IMG/VR virus record: IMGVR_UViG_3300042401_001180
Length of the DNA: 64,000 bases
Source: a virus
Lineage: Duplodnaviria > Heunggongvirae > Uroviricota > Caudoviricetes
Direction: 5' to 3' (one strand)
In this document: positions 1 through 10,135 of the stretch, in pieces
Position numbering within the stretch: the first letter of the stretch is position 1
Layout of the letters: each line of letters begins with the position of its first letter
Made by a program: the position numbers and the translations under genes
Notes under the pieces: model-generated
The model's input: the letters and a program-made list of their open reading frames with translations, nothing else
The model's database searches: none
What the model was told of the DNA's origin: nothing

Positions 1-126
1 AGGTAATCCACACGCTTCCATAAACGCATCTCCACAGTTATAAAAACTTTCGGGTTTATATTTTGTTTTAGTCGAAAACTTACCTTTAATACTATCTAAC
101 GATATTACTTTCTTCTTAATTGCCAT
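1..126 (-). CDS. 5' end of a gene running off the window, possibly RecA/UvsX-like recombinase (partial)
   Basis: Manual translation from ATG at 126: MAIKKKVISLDSIKGKFSTKTKYKPESFYNCGDAFMEACGLP, open to the window edge. Resembles the segment before the Walker A of phage RecA-like proteins and lies downstream of the SSB gene, but the Walker A itself is not visible. Confidence 0.4.
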   Translation of the reverse strand, partial: MAIKKKVISLDSIKGKFSTKTKYKPESFYNCGDAFMEACGLP

Positions 127-137
127 AATTCTTTTTA

Positions 138-818
138 TTAAATATAATTAATTATTTCATAATAATCACTATTAAAGTTTGGTTTTAATTTAAAATTACC
201 AATATTATTTTTAGTGATTTCATCTATTTTTTTATATACCTCTTCTTTTGGTATGTCACCAAAACCGGAAACGTGATACGTATTCATTCCCCATCTATAA
301 ATCATTGTCGGTTTCCCGTCATCTTCATAAATTTTAGCATTATTTTTAAATGTAATATCAAAATCTTCGCCAAAGTTTTTATCGGGAAATTTAATTCTAT
401 TTATATATTTTTTAGTATAAATATTTCCATTATTAACACTACTAAAAATTTTGTTAAACTTATTATCAGTAAACAAATAGTTAGTTTTTGATCTATAAAT
501 TTCAAATTCTGGATTATTTTTTATAAACTCTTCAGTAATTTTTAAAGCGTTTGGAGCTAAAAGATCGTCATCATCTAATCTATAGATGTAATCGTATGAA
601 CACTTAGTAAACCCCCATTCAAGTTTTTTAGAAATACTTGTAAATTTTTCTTTTAAATTAAAAATCTTTACTTGTGGGTGATCATACGTGTAAACATTAT
701 CTGAACTATCATTAATGATGACTATTTCGCTATTTTTATTATTTTGTAATAAAAACGATTGTATTGCTTCTTCAAGTAAATGATGCCTTTTGTATGTTAA
801 GGTTAAGACTGAAATCAT
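138..818 (-). CDS. Glycosyltransferase family 2 (GT-A)
   Basis: N-terminal ISVLTLTYKR, IVIINDSS, RLDDDD (DxD) and GEDF motifs typical of GT2. Confidence 0.85.
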   Translation of the reverse strand: MISVLTLTYKRHHLLEEAIQSFLLQNNKNSEIVIINDSSDNVYTYDHPQVKIFNLKEKFTSISKKLEWGFTKCSYDYIYRLDDDDLLAPNALKITEEFIKNNPEFEIYRSKTNYLFTDNKFNKIFSSVNNGNIYTKKYINRIKFPDKNFGEDFDITFKNNAKIYEDDGKPTMIYRWGMNTYHVSGFGDIPKEEVYKKIDEITKNNIGNFKLKPNFNSDYYEIINYI

Positions 819-1150
819 TATTTTTTATTACCATCTTGTTTTTTAATATTTTTAATATCTTCCTTCATTTTCAAGTCTATGTTATCCATATATTTCTGCA
901 TTTCTTCAGTGATTTGAAATTTCTCATCTCGTTTAACATTATACTTATAAATGGTTTCCAACATTTCAAGTTTACCCTTTGCATTTGCCATCTTATCGAC
1001 AAACCTATCCATTTCTTCCAAATGCTGTGGGTGTTCTCCAATACCGACAGAGTTGTTAAAATAAATCAAAAGTGTTGCTTCGGCTTCTGCCATTTCTGAT
1101 CTGTACTTAAGACTTAATGCTTCGTACATTTTTTCACTAATTTTGTTCAT
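818..1150 (-). CDS. Conserved phage hypothetical protein (VGIGEHP motif)
   Basis: 110 aa helical ORF overlapping the next start. The VGIGEHP motif recalls small uncharacterised proteins of T4-like phages. Confidence 0.6.
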   Translation of the reverse strand: MNKISEKMYEALSLKYRSEMAEAEATLLIYFNNSVGIGEHPQHLEEMDRFVDKMANAKGKLEMLETIYKYNVKRDEKFQITEEMQKYMDNIDLKMKEDIKNIKKQDGNKK

Positions 1151-1171
1151 TTGTTTGTTTTTTTAAAAGTT

Positions 1172-1204
1172 AAAAAAAGGTAGTGACTTTGTCAATCACT
1201 ACCT
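1172..1204 (-). terminator. Rho-independent terminator after the SSB gene; loop contains TTGACA
   Basis: 9-bp stem AGGTAGTGA (1178-1186) / TCACTACCT (1196-1204) followed by a T-run on the minus strand. Confidence 0.75.
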
Positions 1205-1221
1205 ATCTTTATAGGATATTA

Positions 1222-2076
1222 TTAGAATGGTAAGTCCTCGTCCACCTCATCATTTGCTTGTGGGTCAACGATTGGTGTTTCCACTTTTGTTTCGATTCCT
1301 CCACCAAGAGAAGTCTCAGTTTCTTCACCGTAAACATATTTTTTAAGTTCAGAACTCCACATCGGCGTTTCCCCAACTGCAACCGCCTCTAAATATTCAA
1401 CAGGTTTTTTAGCATAAACATCTTTCCAAGTAAGTTCATCAGTCATCCAACCATCCATAATCTCACCATCAGTGTGGATAGGTGCCGGATCATCATACAT
1501 AATAGTTTGAACTACAGTATATTCTTTACCTTGTGGTGTTTTTGCTTTGATTAGTTCAATAATTAAATCACGTCCTTTTTCAGAGTCAGTTAAGTCTCCT
1601 TTTGCTTTCCAAATGGGTAGAATTTTATCCAATACCCCTTCTTGTTTGTAGTTATGTTTGAATCTCCAAAACTTAACTCCGTCTTGTTCGTTATCACGAT
1701 CAACTACTTTTACAATGTAAAACAAACGTGAACGGTACTGACCCGCCAAGTCTTTGTCTTCTTTTTTCCCTGTAGCAATGAGTTCATTATAAACTTCTGT
1801 AAGTGGAGAACGTTCGTTGTCATTTTTTTCAGGATCATACAACTTAACCCATTGTCCGTTAATTTGCATTTCGTGGTACCAAACTTCTACAAATGGTGAT
1901 GAACCATCTTTTGTTGGTAGGATACGAACTCTACGTTGTCCGGATTTTTCATTCTTTTGAAGAATTGCTGAAAAGTATCTTTTCAATCTGTCTTCTTGTG
2001 AAATGTTTTGTTTTTGTGAACTCGGTGTTGAGTTCTTTTCGTACTGTGCTAGTACTGCGTCAATTGAATTTGCCAT
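1222..2076 (-). CDS. Single-stranded DNA-binding protein, T4 gp32-like
   Basis: RVRILP...PFVEVWYH, FYIVKVVDRD, GVKFWRF, GRDLII pattern and acidic C-terminal tail ending DEDLPF. Confidence 0.8.
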   Translation of the reverse strand: MANSIDAVLAQYEKNSTPSSQKQNISQEDRLKRYFSAILQKNEKSGQRRVRILPTKDGSSPFVEVWYHEMQINGQWVKLYDPEKNDNERSPLTEVYNELIATGKKEDKDLAGQYRSRLFYIVKVVDRDNEQDGVKFWRFKHNYKQEGVLDKILPIWKAKGDLTDSEKGRDLIIELIKAKTPQGKEYTVVQTIMYDDPAPIHTDGEIMDGWMTDELTWKDVYAKKPVEYLEAVAVGETPMWSSELKKYVYGEETETSLGGGIETKVETPIVDPQANDEVDEDLPF

Positions 2077-2113
2077 AGATTTTTGTTTTTAATTTATACT
2101 CTTTTATCTATAA

Positions 2114-2144
2114 CAACGATAAGTGATTTTTATAAAATGTCAAA
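2114..2144 (-). promoter_or_regulatory. Putative host-RNAP (early/middle) promoter of the SSB gene
   Basis: Minus strand reads TTTGACA-N16-TATCGTTG. Fits a sigma70 -35 and also the Bacteroidota TTTG-N19-TAnnTTTG consensus with one mismatch. Confidence 0.5.
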
Positions 2145-2145
2145 T

Positions 2146-2174
2146 AAAAAAAGGGTTCAGATAATTGAACCCTT
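2146..2174 (-). terminator. Rho-independent terminator
   Basis: Stem AAGGGTTCA (2151-2159) / TGAACCCTT (2166-2174) with a T-run on the minus strand, just after the stop of 2208..2912. Confidence 0.75.
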
Positions 2175-2207
2175 CATACTTCCTAAGTATTTATTTTGTA
2201 ATTTTTT

Positions 2208-2912
2208 TTATTCTCCTTCTTGGTAATTATTAAACGTTTTTTTAATTTCATTCGGTGATATATTTTCAACGTCATCAGATGTTAGGATATATTCGTTTTT
2301 ACCTGTCTCTTCCATTTCATCTTTTTTATCATCAAAGAAATCTGTTAATTTTTGGTTATAAGGATAAGAATCTAAAGACCTTAACATTAACTTTTCTTCA
2401 GGTGTCTTTTCTCTATACTTGTCAAATTTAGTTTCTAATGAATTAATTTTATTCATAATATCATCCATATGGGTTAGTTTTGACTCTAAGTCATCTAACT
2501 TACTAAAAATGCCATCCATAAATTCGTCCTGTTTGGTTTTAATCTCTTGCTGTGCCGTGATTAAATCCGTAATATCAATTTCTTCGGTACTTTCATCTCC
2601 CTCTTTATCATCACCAACTTCTTCAACGTCAGGATCGTTTTCAACGTCTATTGGTTCAGGAATTACTTCGTCTGCCGGTGGTGCGGGTGCTGCAGGGTCC
2701 GCCGCTAAAGGATCTCCTCCTGCAGCTAAAGGATCTCCTCCTGCAGCTAAAGGATCTCCTCCTGCCGCTAAAGGATCTCCTCCTGCAGCTAAAGGATCTC
2801 CTCCTGCAGCTAAAGGATCTACTGGCGGTGGTGGAGCCCCTTGTTCATTTAAATATAAATTAATATTATTAAATCTTCTTAGTTCCTCCAATATTTTATT
2901 ATCTATTCCCAT
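2208..2912 (-). CDS. Hypothetical acidic protein with DPLAAGG repeats and a coiled coil (possible head core/scaffold-like protein)
   Basis: 234 aa: N-terminal ILEE...YLNEQ leader, Pro/Ala/Gly repeats, acidic linker, heptad region. Confidence 0.6.
   Translation of the reverse strand: MGIDNKILEELRRFNNINLYLNEQGAPPPPVDPLAAGGDPLAAGGDPLAAGGDPLAAGGDPLAAGGDPLAADPAAPAPPADEVIPEPIDVENDPDVEEVGDDKEGDESTEEIDITDLITAQQEIKTKQDEFMDGIFSKLDDLESKLTHMDDIMNKINSLETKFDKYREKTPEEKLMLRSLDSYPYNQKLTDFFDDKKDEMEETGKNEYILTSDDVENISPNEIKKTFNNYQEGE
2701..2820. repeat. 21-bp in-frame tandem repeat, about 5.7 copies, encoding DPLAAGG
   Basis: GC(C/A)GCTAAAGGATCTCCTCCT repeated head-to-tail with no spacers. Confidence 0.95.
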
Positions 2913-2922
2913 TTTTTAATTT

Positions 2923-3147
2923 TTATCCGTTTAATAATGTTTTAACTCCTGTAGGTGTTTCAACTTTTAATGTTCTATTTGTTCTCATAGTATTATCAAC
3001 TCTTTCTATTAAACCATCTTTCATTCTAATAGTGTAACAATCACCAGTATCTAAATCACAAACTTCTTTATAACCGTTCTCAACTTGTTTTTCGGTTACT
3101 CTAGTATCTTTTCTAAGATAATCATCTAATAAATTTTTAACATTCAT
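2923..3147 (-). CDS. Small hypothetical late protein
   Basis: 74 aa ORF with CDLDTGDC, preceded by the TATTTAT motif at 3165-3171. Confidence 0.7.
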   Translation of the reverse strand: MNVKNLLDDYLRKDTRVTEKQVENGYKEVCDLDTGDCYTIRMKDGLIERVDNTMRTNRTLKVETPTGVKTLLNG

Positions 3148-3175
3148 AATCTTATTTTTTATATATAAATATATC

Positions 3176-6100
3176 CTAGTTTGGATTTAGAACAAAATTT
3201 TCATACAGTGTTGTAAAAACGGTAACATAATCATTATATAGTTTAATTACATTTGTATCTACGTTATTGATTACTTGGGTTTTTATTTGTTCCGCAGTTA
3301 ATGGTGGTGGTCCAAAAGCTATTGGGGTGTCCCAAGTTGTATAACATATTTGAGCCAAAGCCTTGCCATATTGTTTATATTCGTTAGTGTCAATATTTAA
3401 AGTTTTTAACGATTCTATTAATGGTATCATTGATTGATAAAAGGATACCATAAATTTAGTGGATATTGTAGTATCTAAAAAACTAGCTAAAACTACAGAG
3501 TCTCCCATAATGTCAACACATGTCTGTTCTTTTAAATATGTGTCTAAACTACCATTATGTTTTGTTTCTGTTGATATTTCGTATAAATTATTATTTATTG
3601 AATTCAATAACGACAAATCAGTTTCATAACTATTAACGGGCCTTGTAAGGGCAATACCTAAAAGTAATGCTCTTAACGCACTATTGGTTGTTTCTGCTTT
3701 AATGATTGGTAATAATTCTTCGTATGTTATTTCAGTTCTTTTTATCTCAACAAATGGCAATGATGTATATTTTGTTATTTCCTTACACTTATCAAGTCCC
3801 GTTTTAGTTACTTTTATTGTTGGATCTGCATTAATTATTGTTTCACCTGATGTTGGTGTATTTGTTTTTTTAATCTTTTCTTTGTACGACTGTAATATTT
3901 TTTCATTAACGTTAATTAATAAATTATCAACTTTAGGTAAACTATATTTAGGTATTCTCGTTCCTTTAAATTTAGTTGTAAATCCATTTTCAGAGATGTT
4001 GTGATCAACTTCATATATCCAATAAGGTCCATAAAACAACGGTACGTGTCTTAATACAAAATACATCGTTGGCTGTATCATCACATTACCCATTGACTCA
4101 ACACCACAACTATATGATCTTGATTTATAAATACTATACATAGATACGGATTGTTGCGCAACTTTATCACCAGCCACGGAACCTCCAATATCAGCAAACA
4201 CTTTAAAAGACTCTGAGGTGTTTTTCATTTCAGACATATCTAAATCTAAATTCTTAAACATGTTTTGATTTTGTATTCCAAAATCAACGCTAAACCCGAC
4301 AACCCTATTTGTTTTAGAATAATCTCTTTTTGGGTCTGATATTCTCAATGGGTTATCAGGAATTCTTAAATCAAAACTATCATCATCAAATCTAATAAAT
4401 GAATTTTCTTTTGGTTTTGGGTATTCGGAAGGATTACCCATATATAAACATAAAAATTTAGGACTTGACTTAGTGTAGTCAACTTCTAAGTATGTACCAA
4501 ATAACGAATTAGGTATTTCAATATCAATTGCTTGTCCGTTTTTTATTGCTGTTTGTATACCATAGAAATTTATGTAAGCTGGCATTGCAAAAAACATAAA
4601 CTGATTGTCACCTAAAATGTTACTAACAACCGTCATTAGATTCATATCAGGATTATTCTGAGTATCTAATCTTTTTACTATCTTATCTACATCAACCACA
4701 TAAACGTCACCAATATCACTATTTGCTCTGTCCATAAATAAAAAGTCCTCAAATAATGTAACATATTTTAAATCAGAACCCGCAATCCACTTATCGTTAA
4801 ACCCTTTTAATGTGTTGTAAAGTGATAACTTACCAACATCTCCAGTAACTGAATTTGTTGTATTATCTTTTACGGTTATATTATTTAAATCTTTATTTAA
4901 ATTTAAAAACGTTTGATTTAATATTTTTTCTTGTATTGATTTTTGATCAGTTAAAAACTGATTTATTAATGTTGTAAATGTTTGTTTATTTAAATTAGAG
5001 TCTTCTAATTTTTTTTGTGAATAAAGTTTTATTAGTGGGTATGTAATTTTTATATTATCGGATGTAAATTCAATATCATTATCAATAAAGAAATCAGCAA
5101 CCGTAGATTTTGGTGTTCCCGGTAATGGTGTTATTGTTTGTGGTTGTGTTACAGGTAATTGTGGTTGTATTGTTTGATTTTGTTGTGGTTGTGGCTGTTG
5201 TAAACAATTAGATGGTAACACTTCGTATGAAACACAGACAACCGCAGAATTAGGTACTCCAACATATTGTTCATCATCTAAATACAACTCATATGTTTTA
5301 ATTTGATTTGCAGATTGAATTTGATTAGCCGGATTAAATGTTACAGTATTTGTTATTTTTCTAGCACAGAATTGTAGTAAATTTGGATCATTAAACTCAC
5401 TAACTTCCATATAGTAAACTTCACCCTCAATATAAGTACTACCTGTAGTTACTACATTAGAATCATTTAAATCCGGAATAACAACATTAAATATTTCATT
5501 AGAGTTGCAACAACTTTGAAATGTGTAATGTGTGGATGGTGTTATGGCACTTGTTGTCACTGATGTTGCCGTTGCTGTTGTTGTTGTCGCACTTGGGGTC
5601 GGCGTTGCCGTTGTCGATGGAAAAGCAGGATTAGGTTGTCCTGGGTAATCAACTCCAGCAATTGACGAAAACCCAACATATGTTCTTAGAGTATTCCAAG
5701 CATCTTGATTTTGGGTAACACTTTGTAATAACGTAACGTTTGTCCCATCACCAGGAAGAGTTCCTTTTATATATGGATTAAATGTGTATTTTTCAAATTC
5801 AGGGACAAATTCCTTAAGGTTTGAAAATGAGTTAAATAATCTTCTATCAAAATTTCCTGGATTGCCTAATTTAAGTACACAATCAAAATTTAAAAATTCT
5901 TTTAGAGATGAGGTAAATGTTGCAATTTGTTTTTGTGCTAATGTTTTACCATCAACGTCCTCATTCACAAAAGTAATTCCAGATTTATTAACTAAAAATA
6001 AACTTAGTATCTGATTGTATAATCTTTTTTGTACAATGTTTGCAACTTTATTACTATTAGTATATGATGGGTCAATTATCTCCTCTTTTAATATTAAATT

Positions 6101-9100
6101 TTTAGATAATGGTTTGTAATTACAAAAACCAATAAATTGCTCTTCAAATTTATCTAACATTTCAGGTGTAAAAACTGAAAATATTTCTTCAATAGATGCG
6201 TACTCCGATTGTGCAGATTTTAAATCAAATGGTGTTTGTGAGTCGGTATTTAATTTAATCGCCTTTAAATATTGTGTTGGTGTTGGTTTTTTAAGAAGAC
6301 TATTATCAAAATACCCAAAGTGTGGTGCTGACCATAAACTTCTTACAGAACCATTATATAATGAATTATTATTAATTAATTCCTTTGTTAAAATGTTATT
6401 AGAATTTACACACTCATAAATTGATTGATCAATCGGTATTCCCCCCATAGAAGGGAATAACATAATATACTGTTGTGTTGTGCCACTTTTTTCTGCGTAG
6501 TTATAGTAATTAGTTTTTTGTAGTGACCTATCAGGATTTAAAGTATCAAACCCAAAATTTAAATAATTACTTGATTGGTTATTCTTACCTACTCTAAAAT
6601 TATTATTGTTGTATGCGTTTTGAAAATCGTTTGTTGTGTACCCCGTAAATAAATCCTTTCCATTAACAAAATTATAGACAGAGTTTATTACTTTAGGATA
6701 AAATCCCGTACCAATAAAATCTTTACTTTGTGCTGATGGTATTGGGAAATTTTCAGTTTTTTGTAATACCATAGTTTGGTTATTACCACTATAATCAGGA
6801 ATGGTGTACTGCGTAGTTAACCCTGAAGTTACGGGGTCATACGAACCAACATAATCAAAATTTTTCCAAACAGAATCTAATATGTCTACATTTTCATTAA
6901 CATATTTTTTATATCTATACCATATAGAACCGTATTTTAAAACCCAAGCATACGGCACTTGGTGTACTGCTGAGTATTTTTTAAGCGTCGATGCTAAATA
7001 ATCTAAATCAGTCGCAACATCATTCTCTATTGATTTTATTTTTTCTTTTGTGGTTATTAGTGGTAATGAATTTAAAAATAGATACCCTAACGTTGTAAAT
7101 GCGTTATCTGTGTTTGTTTTGTTTTCATCCACACCCTTTACTAACGCATTAATAAAATACGGAGTGTTAAGTAAGGAGGTTGTTTGAATTTGAGTTCCAA
7201 CATTTCCTGAATATGAATTACCATAATCAACATAAGACTCAGTAATATAAAAATCTTTTATTTCCCTTCCACTATAGAAATTTTTAAGAGCCAACTGACT
7301 ATTGATCGGTGAGTTTGTAGTTGATAGGTATGGTTGTGCTCCGTTATTTAGTGTTCTAAAATCAGTTAATAAACTTAGGTTTGTATATTTTTCAGTCTCA
7401 TTAATTCTGGCAATGGTTTTTTTGTCATCTAAATAAATAAACGTCTTTGTTGTGTCGTTAAATTGTTCTATGTTACCTACGGTATTACCATTAGATGTGT
7501 TTCCACTAACCCAACTTAGATTAGTGAATGGGTACGTATCTAAAAAACTAATTTTAGATGAGTCCGTACTTTCCAAATATTCTTTTAAATTTTTAGATAA
7601 TTCTAAATCAGACGAAATTTTTATAGATCTATTAGATAATGTATCAATACTATATATGTCGTTTGTTGATTTTAATAAATTATCAATATATTCAGTCTTA
7701 TATTTACTTCTTATGTATGTTTGCCAACTTTCACCTTGCCCACTATTTGATATCTTCTTAAGATATGTAATAAAATCATTATAATTAAATTTATAATTTT
7801 TTAATATCTGATTTAATTCTATATTATTACCGATAGAGTTTGATATGTTTTTACTTTCTATATCTCCATAAAATTTATCAATTTGTTTTTTAGATATTTC
7901 TTCATTAATAAATTTAGTATAATACGAAGATAGGTATGTTCTTTCAAATAATTCATAGAAGAAAGGTATTGCAACTAAGTCTTGGTATGGCGCCGTTTTA
8001 AACGGGAACTCAATAGCGTTAGCCGAAACATAACTACTGTAATCTGCTAAATTATTATACACATTAGCTGACGTGGGTTTAGATGTTTCTGTAGTTCCTT
8101 TTAAATATGCCTCAACAAAACCAATTTCAGGCCATATTCTATAATCATACCCCTTTGTTTGTTTAATAACTTTAGAGTCACCAGGATATTGTATTGTGTA
8201 TAGTTCTCTACCATCCGCTTGTTTTTCTTTAATAAAATATAACGGCCAAGGATAAATAACATTATCTTTATCTAACGTTCCACTAGATGTTTGTATTGAG
8301 TTGAGTCCGTCAACTGAGAAACTTTTATCAGGTGGTATTACCGCCAATAATCTTGCAGTCTCCTCCCTTACGTCCCAAGCCGCTTGATGAGTATCTTCCA
8401 TTAACCTATAAAAGGCATCTGCTCCCGCAAAAATAATAGCAAAAATATTTCTTATTGTTGGTTTAAACCCTAACCCACCCTGTAATGGGTCTTTTAATGC
8501 TCTATCCGCCAATACTTGGGAAAGTTCTTTTTCTATTACCTCTTCATTTGTTAATAAAGCCTTTTCAGCATCATCAATATCATCTAAAAAACTATTAGGA
8601 ACATATGATCCATCAGATACTGTTTTATCACCAAAAACAAAATAAGTAGTATCATCATCAACCCATTCTTTTTTTTCGTTTAATACTTTTTCTTTGAGTA
8701 GTTTGTTTTTATCCTCATCTAACTTAAATTTTTCAAAGTCATTTTTTCCCTGTTCGGTTGATAAGTCTACAGGTTTATTAAATCTAGAAAAATAGGTGTT
8801 TTGTAAATCATTAGAATTATTAAACCACGCTTCAAAATTTAATTTTTTTAATACGTCATTTTTATTTTTTATTTTTAAAGGTATCTCATACTTACCCCCT
8901 TTACCAAAAGTTTTGTTATTATTTAATTTGTCTAAATAATATATAATTCTTTCTTGTATTTTTGTTTTATAATCTTCTTTTGTTTGATCTTCAATATCTT
9001 TTTTAAATGGGTAATAAATTAATTTTTGATCCCCACTAACATAGAAACTACTTTTATCTAAGAATTTATCTACAGAATTTGTGTAAACACTTTTTCTTAA

Positions 9101-10135
9101 TGCTTGTAGAGTCTCTCTATAATCTTGTATGTCGTTTAGTTGCGAAAAATCCCCATTTTTAGCGGCGTCTGCTTGTAGTTTAACCGCATAATCTTGAACT
9201 CTATATTTAAACTCATCTATAGATAGTTGTGGAAAATCGTCGGGTATTAACCCCTTTCTTTTATATATTTCATAAACCTCATCTAATTTTTGTCTACCCT
9301 TATATGTGTTTTTTGTTTGTAACGTATTGTTACTGTTATCCCTATATGTGATTTCAGTATTATACATTTTAGGGGCAGTTACCGCGTATTGTAAAGGTGT
9401 ATCAAACAATAGTGCAGTAAACTTACCAACAAGTTTTAAGCTGATATCATAATTTCCGGTGTTTGAATCAAATCTAGCGTTAAAGGATAATAAAGATAAA
9501 CGATATCTAATCGCCTTTCCGTAATACCCTTTTAGTGTTAAATAAAATAATGGGTATGGAAAATTAAAGAATGCAGAATATATAGAACTGTCCCCTTGTT
9601 CAAAAAGAGTCCTTCCTTGTATGTCTGTCATTTCAATGTTAACTTCAGGAACCCCTGTCCCTTTAACATTAACCCTAATTGATTTAATACCCAACATTTG
9701 GGTATCTTCGTGTCTTGTAATTGAATTTTTAAATCTTGATTTACCGTCAATGGTTACGACTTGTTCGGTTTTTTGATTTGCCCCCTTACCTAATCTTGAT
9801 TCAAACCCTGTTAATTGATCAGACCAACTAGTATCAAACGAAGTTTTACCTTTTGGTTTTAAAAAGTTTATTTTTAAATCGTCATCCCCTTGAAATAATG
9901 TTGCAACGGTTGTATTAACAACTGGCGAATCAAATGACTCACCTATCGCCAATTTTGTTCGTGGGATTATAAATGTTTCTAAGTTCGCATAATAAACTAA
10001 ATCTTCATGATCCACCAATCTTGCGGCTGCCTGATTATTCTCGTCGTAAATTTGATTTGGGTTTACTAAGATTATATTATCATACTCCGTTTCAACAAAT
10101 ATTTTTTTTGTTTGTTTTAGTCTTTTATCTGCCAT
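3176..10135 (-). CDS. Giant virion protein, probable baseplate hub (gp27-like C-terminus)
   Basis: About 2319 aa from the likely ATG at 10135, which overlaps the end of the upstream gene. C-terminal YSCGVESMGNVMIQPTMYF...YWIYEVDHNISENGFTTKFKGTR resembles hub proteins. Lies in the tail operon. Confidence 0.6.
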   Translation of the reverse strand: MADKRLKQTKKIFVETEYDNIILVNPNQIYDENNQAAARLVDHEDLVYYANLETFIIPRTKLAIGESFDSPVVNTTVATLFQGDDDLKINFLKPKGKTSFDTSWSDQLTGFESRLGKGANQKTEQVVTIDGKSRFKNSITRHEDTQMLGIKSIRVNVKGTGVPEVNIEMTDIQGRTLFEQGDSSIYSAFFNFPYPLFYLTLKGYYGKAIRYRLSLLSFNARFDSNTGNYDISLKLVGKFTALLFDTPLQYAVTAPKMYNTEITYRDNSNNTLQTKNTYKGRQKLDEVYEIYKRKGLIPDDFPQLSIDEFKYRVQDYAVKLQADAAKNGDFSQLNDIQDYRETLQALRKSVYTNSVDKFLDKSSFYVSGDQKLIYYPFKKDIEDQTKEDYKTKIQERIIYYLDKLNNNKTFGKGGKYEIPLKIKNKNDVLKKLNFEAWFNNSNDLQNTYFSRFNKPVDLSTEQGKNDFEKFKLDEDKNKLLKEKVLNEKKEWVDDDTTYFVFGDKTVSDGSYVPNSFLDDIDDAEKALLTNEEVIEKELSQVLADRALKDPLQGGLGFKPTIRNIFAIIFAGADAFYRLMEDTHQAAWDVREETARLLAVIPPDKSFSVDGLNSIQTSSGTLDKDNVIYPWPLYFIKEKQADGRELYTIQYPGDSKVIKQTKGYDYRIWPEIGFVEAYLKGTTETSKPTSANVYNNLADYSSYVSANAIEFPFKTAPYQDLVAIPFFYELFERTYLSSYYTKFINEEISKKQIDKFYGDIESKNISNSIGNNIELNQILKNYKFNYNDFITYLKKISNSGQGESWQTYIRSKYKTEYIDNLLKSTNDIYSIDTLSNRSIKISSDLELSKNLKEYLESTDSSKISFLDTYPFTNLSWVSGNTSNGNTVGNIEQFNDTTKTFIYLDDKKTIARINETEKYTNLSLLTDFRTLNNGAQPYLSTTNSPINSQLALKNFYSGREIKDFYITESYVDYGNSYSGNVGTQIQTTSLLNTPYFINALVKGVDENKTNTDNAFTTLGYLFLNSLPLITTKEKIKSIENDVATDLDYLASTLKKYSAVHQVPYAWVLKYGSIWYRYKKYVNENVDILDSVWKNFDYVGSYDPVTSGLTTQYTIPDYSGNNQTMVLQKTENFPIPSAQSKDFIGTGFYPKVINSVYNFVNGKDLFTGYTTNDFQNAYNNNNFRVGKNNQSSNYLNFGFDTLNPDRSLQKTNYYNYAEKSGTTQQYIMLFPSMGGIPIDQSIYECVNSNNILTKELINNNSLYNGSVRSLWSAPHFGYFDNSLLKKPTPTQYLKAIKLNTDSQTPFDLKSAQSEYASIEEIFSVFTPEMLDKFEEQFIGFCNYKPLSKNLILKEEIIDPSYTNSNKVANIVQKRLYNQILSLFLVNKSGITFVNEDVDGKTLAQKQIATFTSSLKEFLNFDCVLKLGNPGNFDRRLFNSFSNLKEFVPEFEKYTFNPYIKGTLPGDGTNVTLLQSVTQNQDAWNTLRTYVGFSSIAGVDYPGQPNPAFPSTTATPTPSATTTTATATSVTTSAITPSTHYTFQSCCNSNEIFNVVIPDLNDSNVVTTGSTYIEGEVYYMEVSEFNDPNLLQFCARKITNTVTFNPANQIQSANQIKTYELYLDDEQYVGVPNSAVVCVSYEVLPSNCLQQPQPQQNQTIQPQLPVTQPQTITPLPGTPKSTVADFFIDNDIEFTSDNIKITYPLIKLYSQKKLEDSNLNKQTFTTLINQFLTDQKSIQEKILNQTFLNLNKDLNNITVKDNTTNSVTGDVGKLSLYNTLKGFNDKWIAGSDLKYVTLFEDFLFMDRANSDIGDVYVVDVDKIVKRLDTQNNPDMNLMTVVSNILGDNQFMFFAMPAYINFYGIQTAIKNGQAIDIEIPNSLFGTYLEVDYTKSSPKFLCLYMGNPSEYPKPKENSFIRFDDDSFDLRIPDNPLRISDPKRDYSKTNRVVGFSVDFGIQNQNMFKNLDLDMSEMKNTSESFKVFADIGGSVAGDKVAQQSVSMYSIYKSRSYSCGVESMGNVMIQPTMYFVLRHVPLFYGPYWIYEVDHNISENGFTTKFKGTRIPKYSLPKVDNLLINVNEKILQSYKEKIKKTNTPTSGETIINADPTIKVTKTGLDKCKEITKYTSLPFVEIKRTEITYEELLPIIKAETTNSALRALLLGIALTRPVNSYETDLSLLNSINNNLYEISTETKHNGSLDTYLKEQTCVDIMGDSVVLASFLDTTISTKFMVSFYQSMIPLIESLKTLNIDTNEYKQYGKALAQICYTTWDTPIAFGPPPLTAEQIKTQVINNVDTNVIKLYNDYVTVFTTLYENFVLNPN

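Noticed and set aside
2701-2820. CRISPR array
   Set aside because: The repeats are contiguous with no spacers and encode an in-frame peptide.
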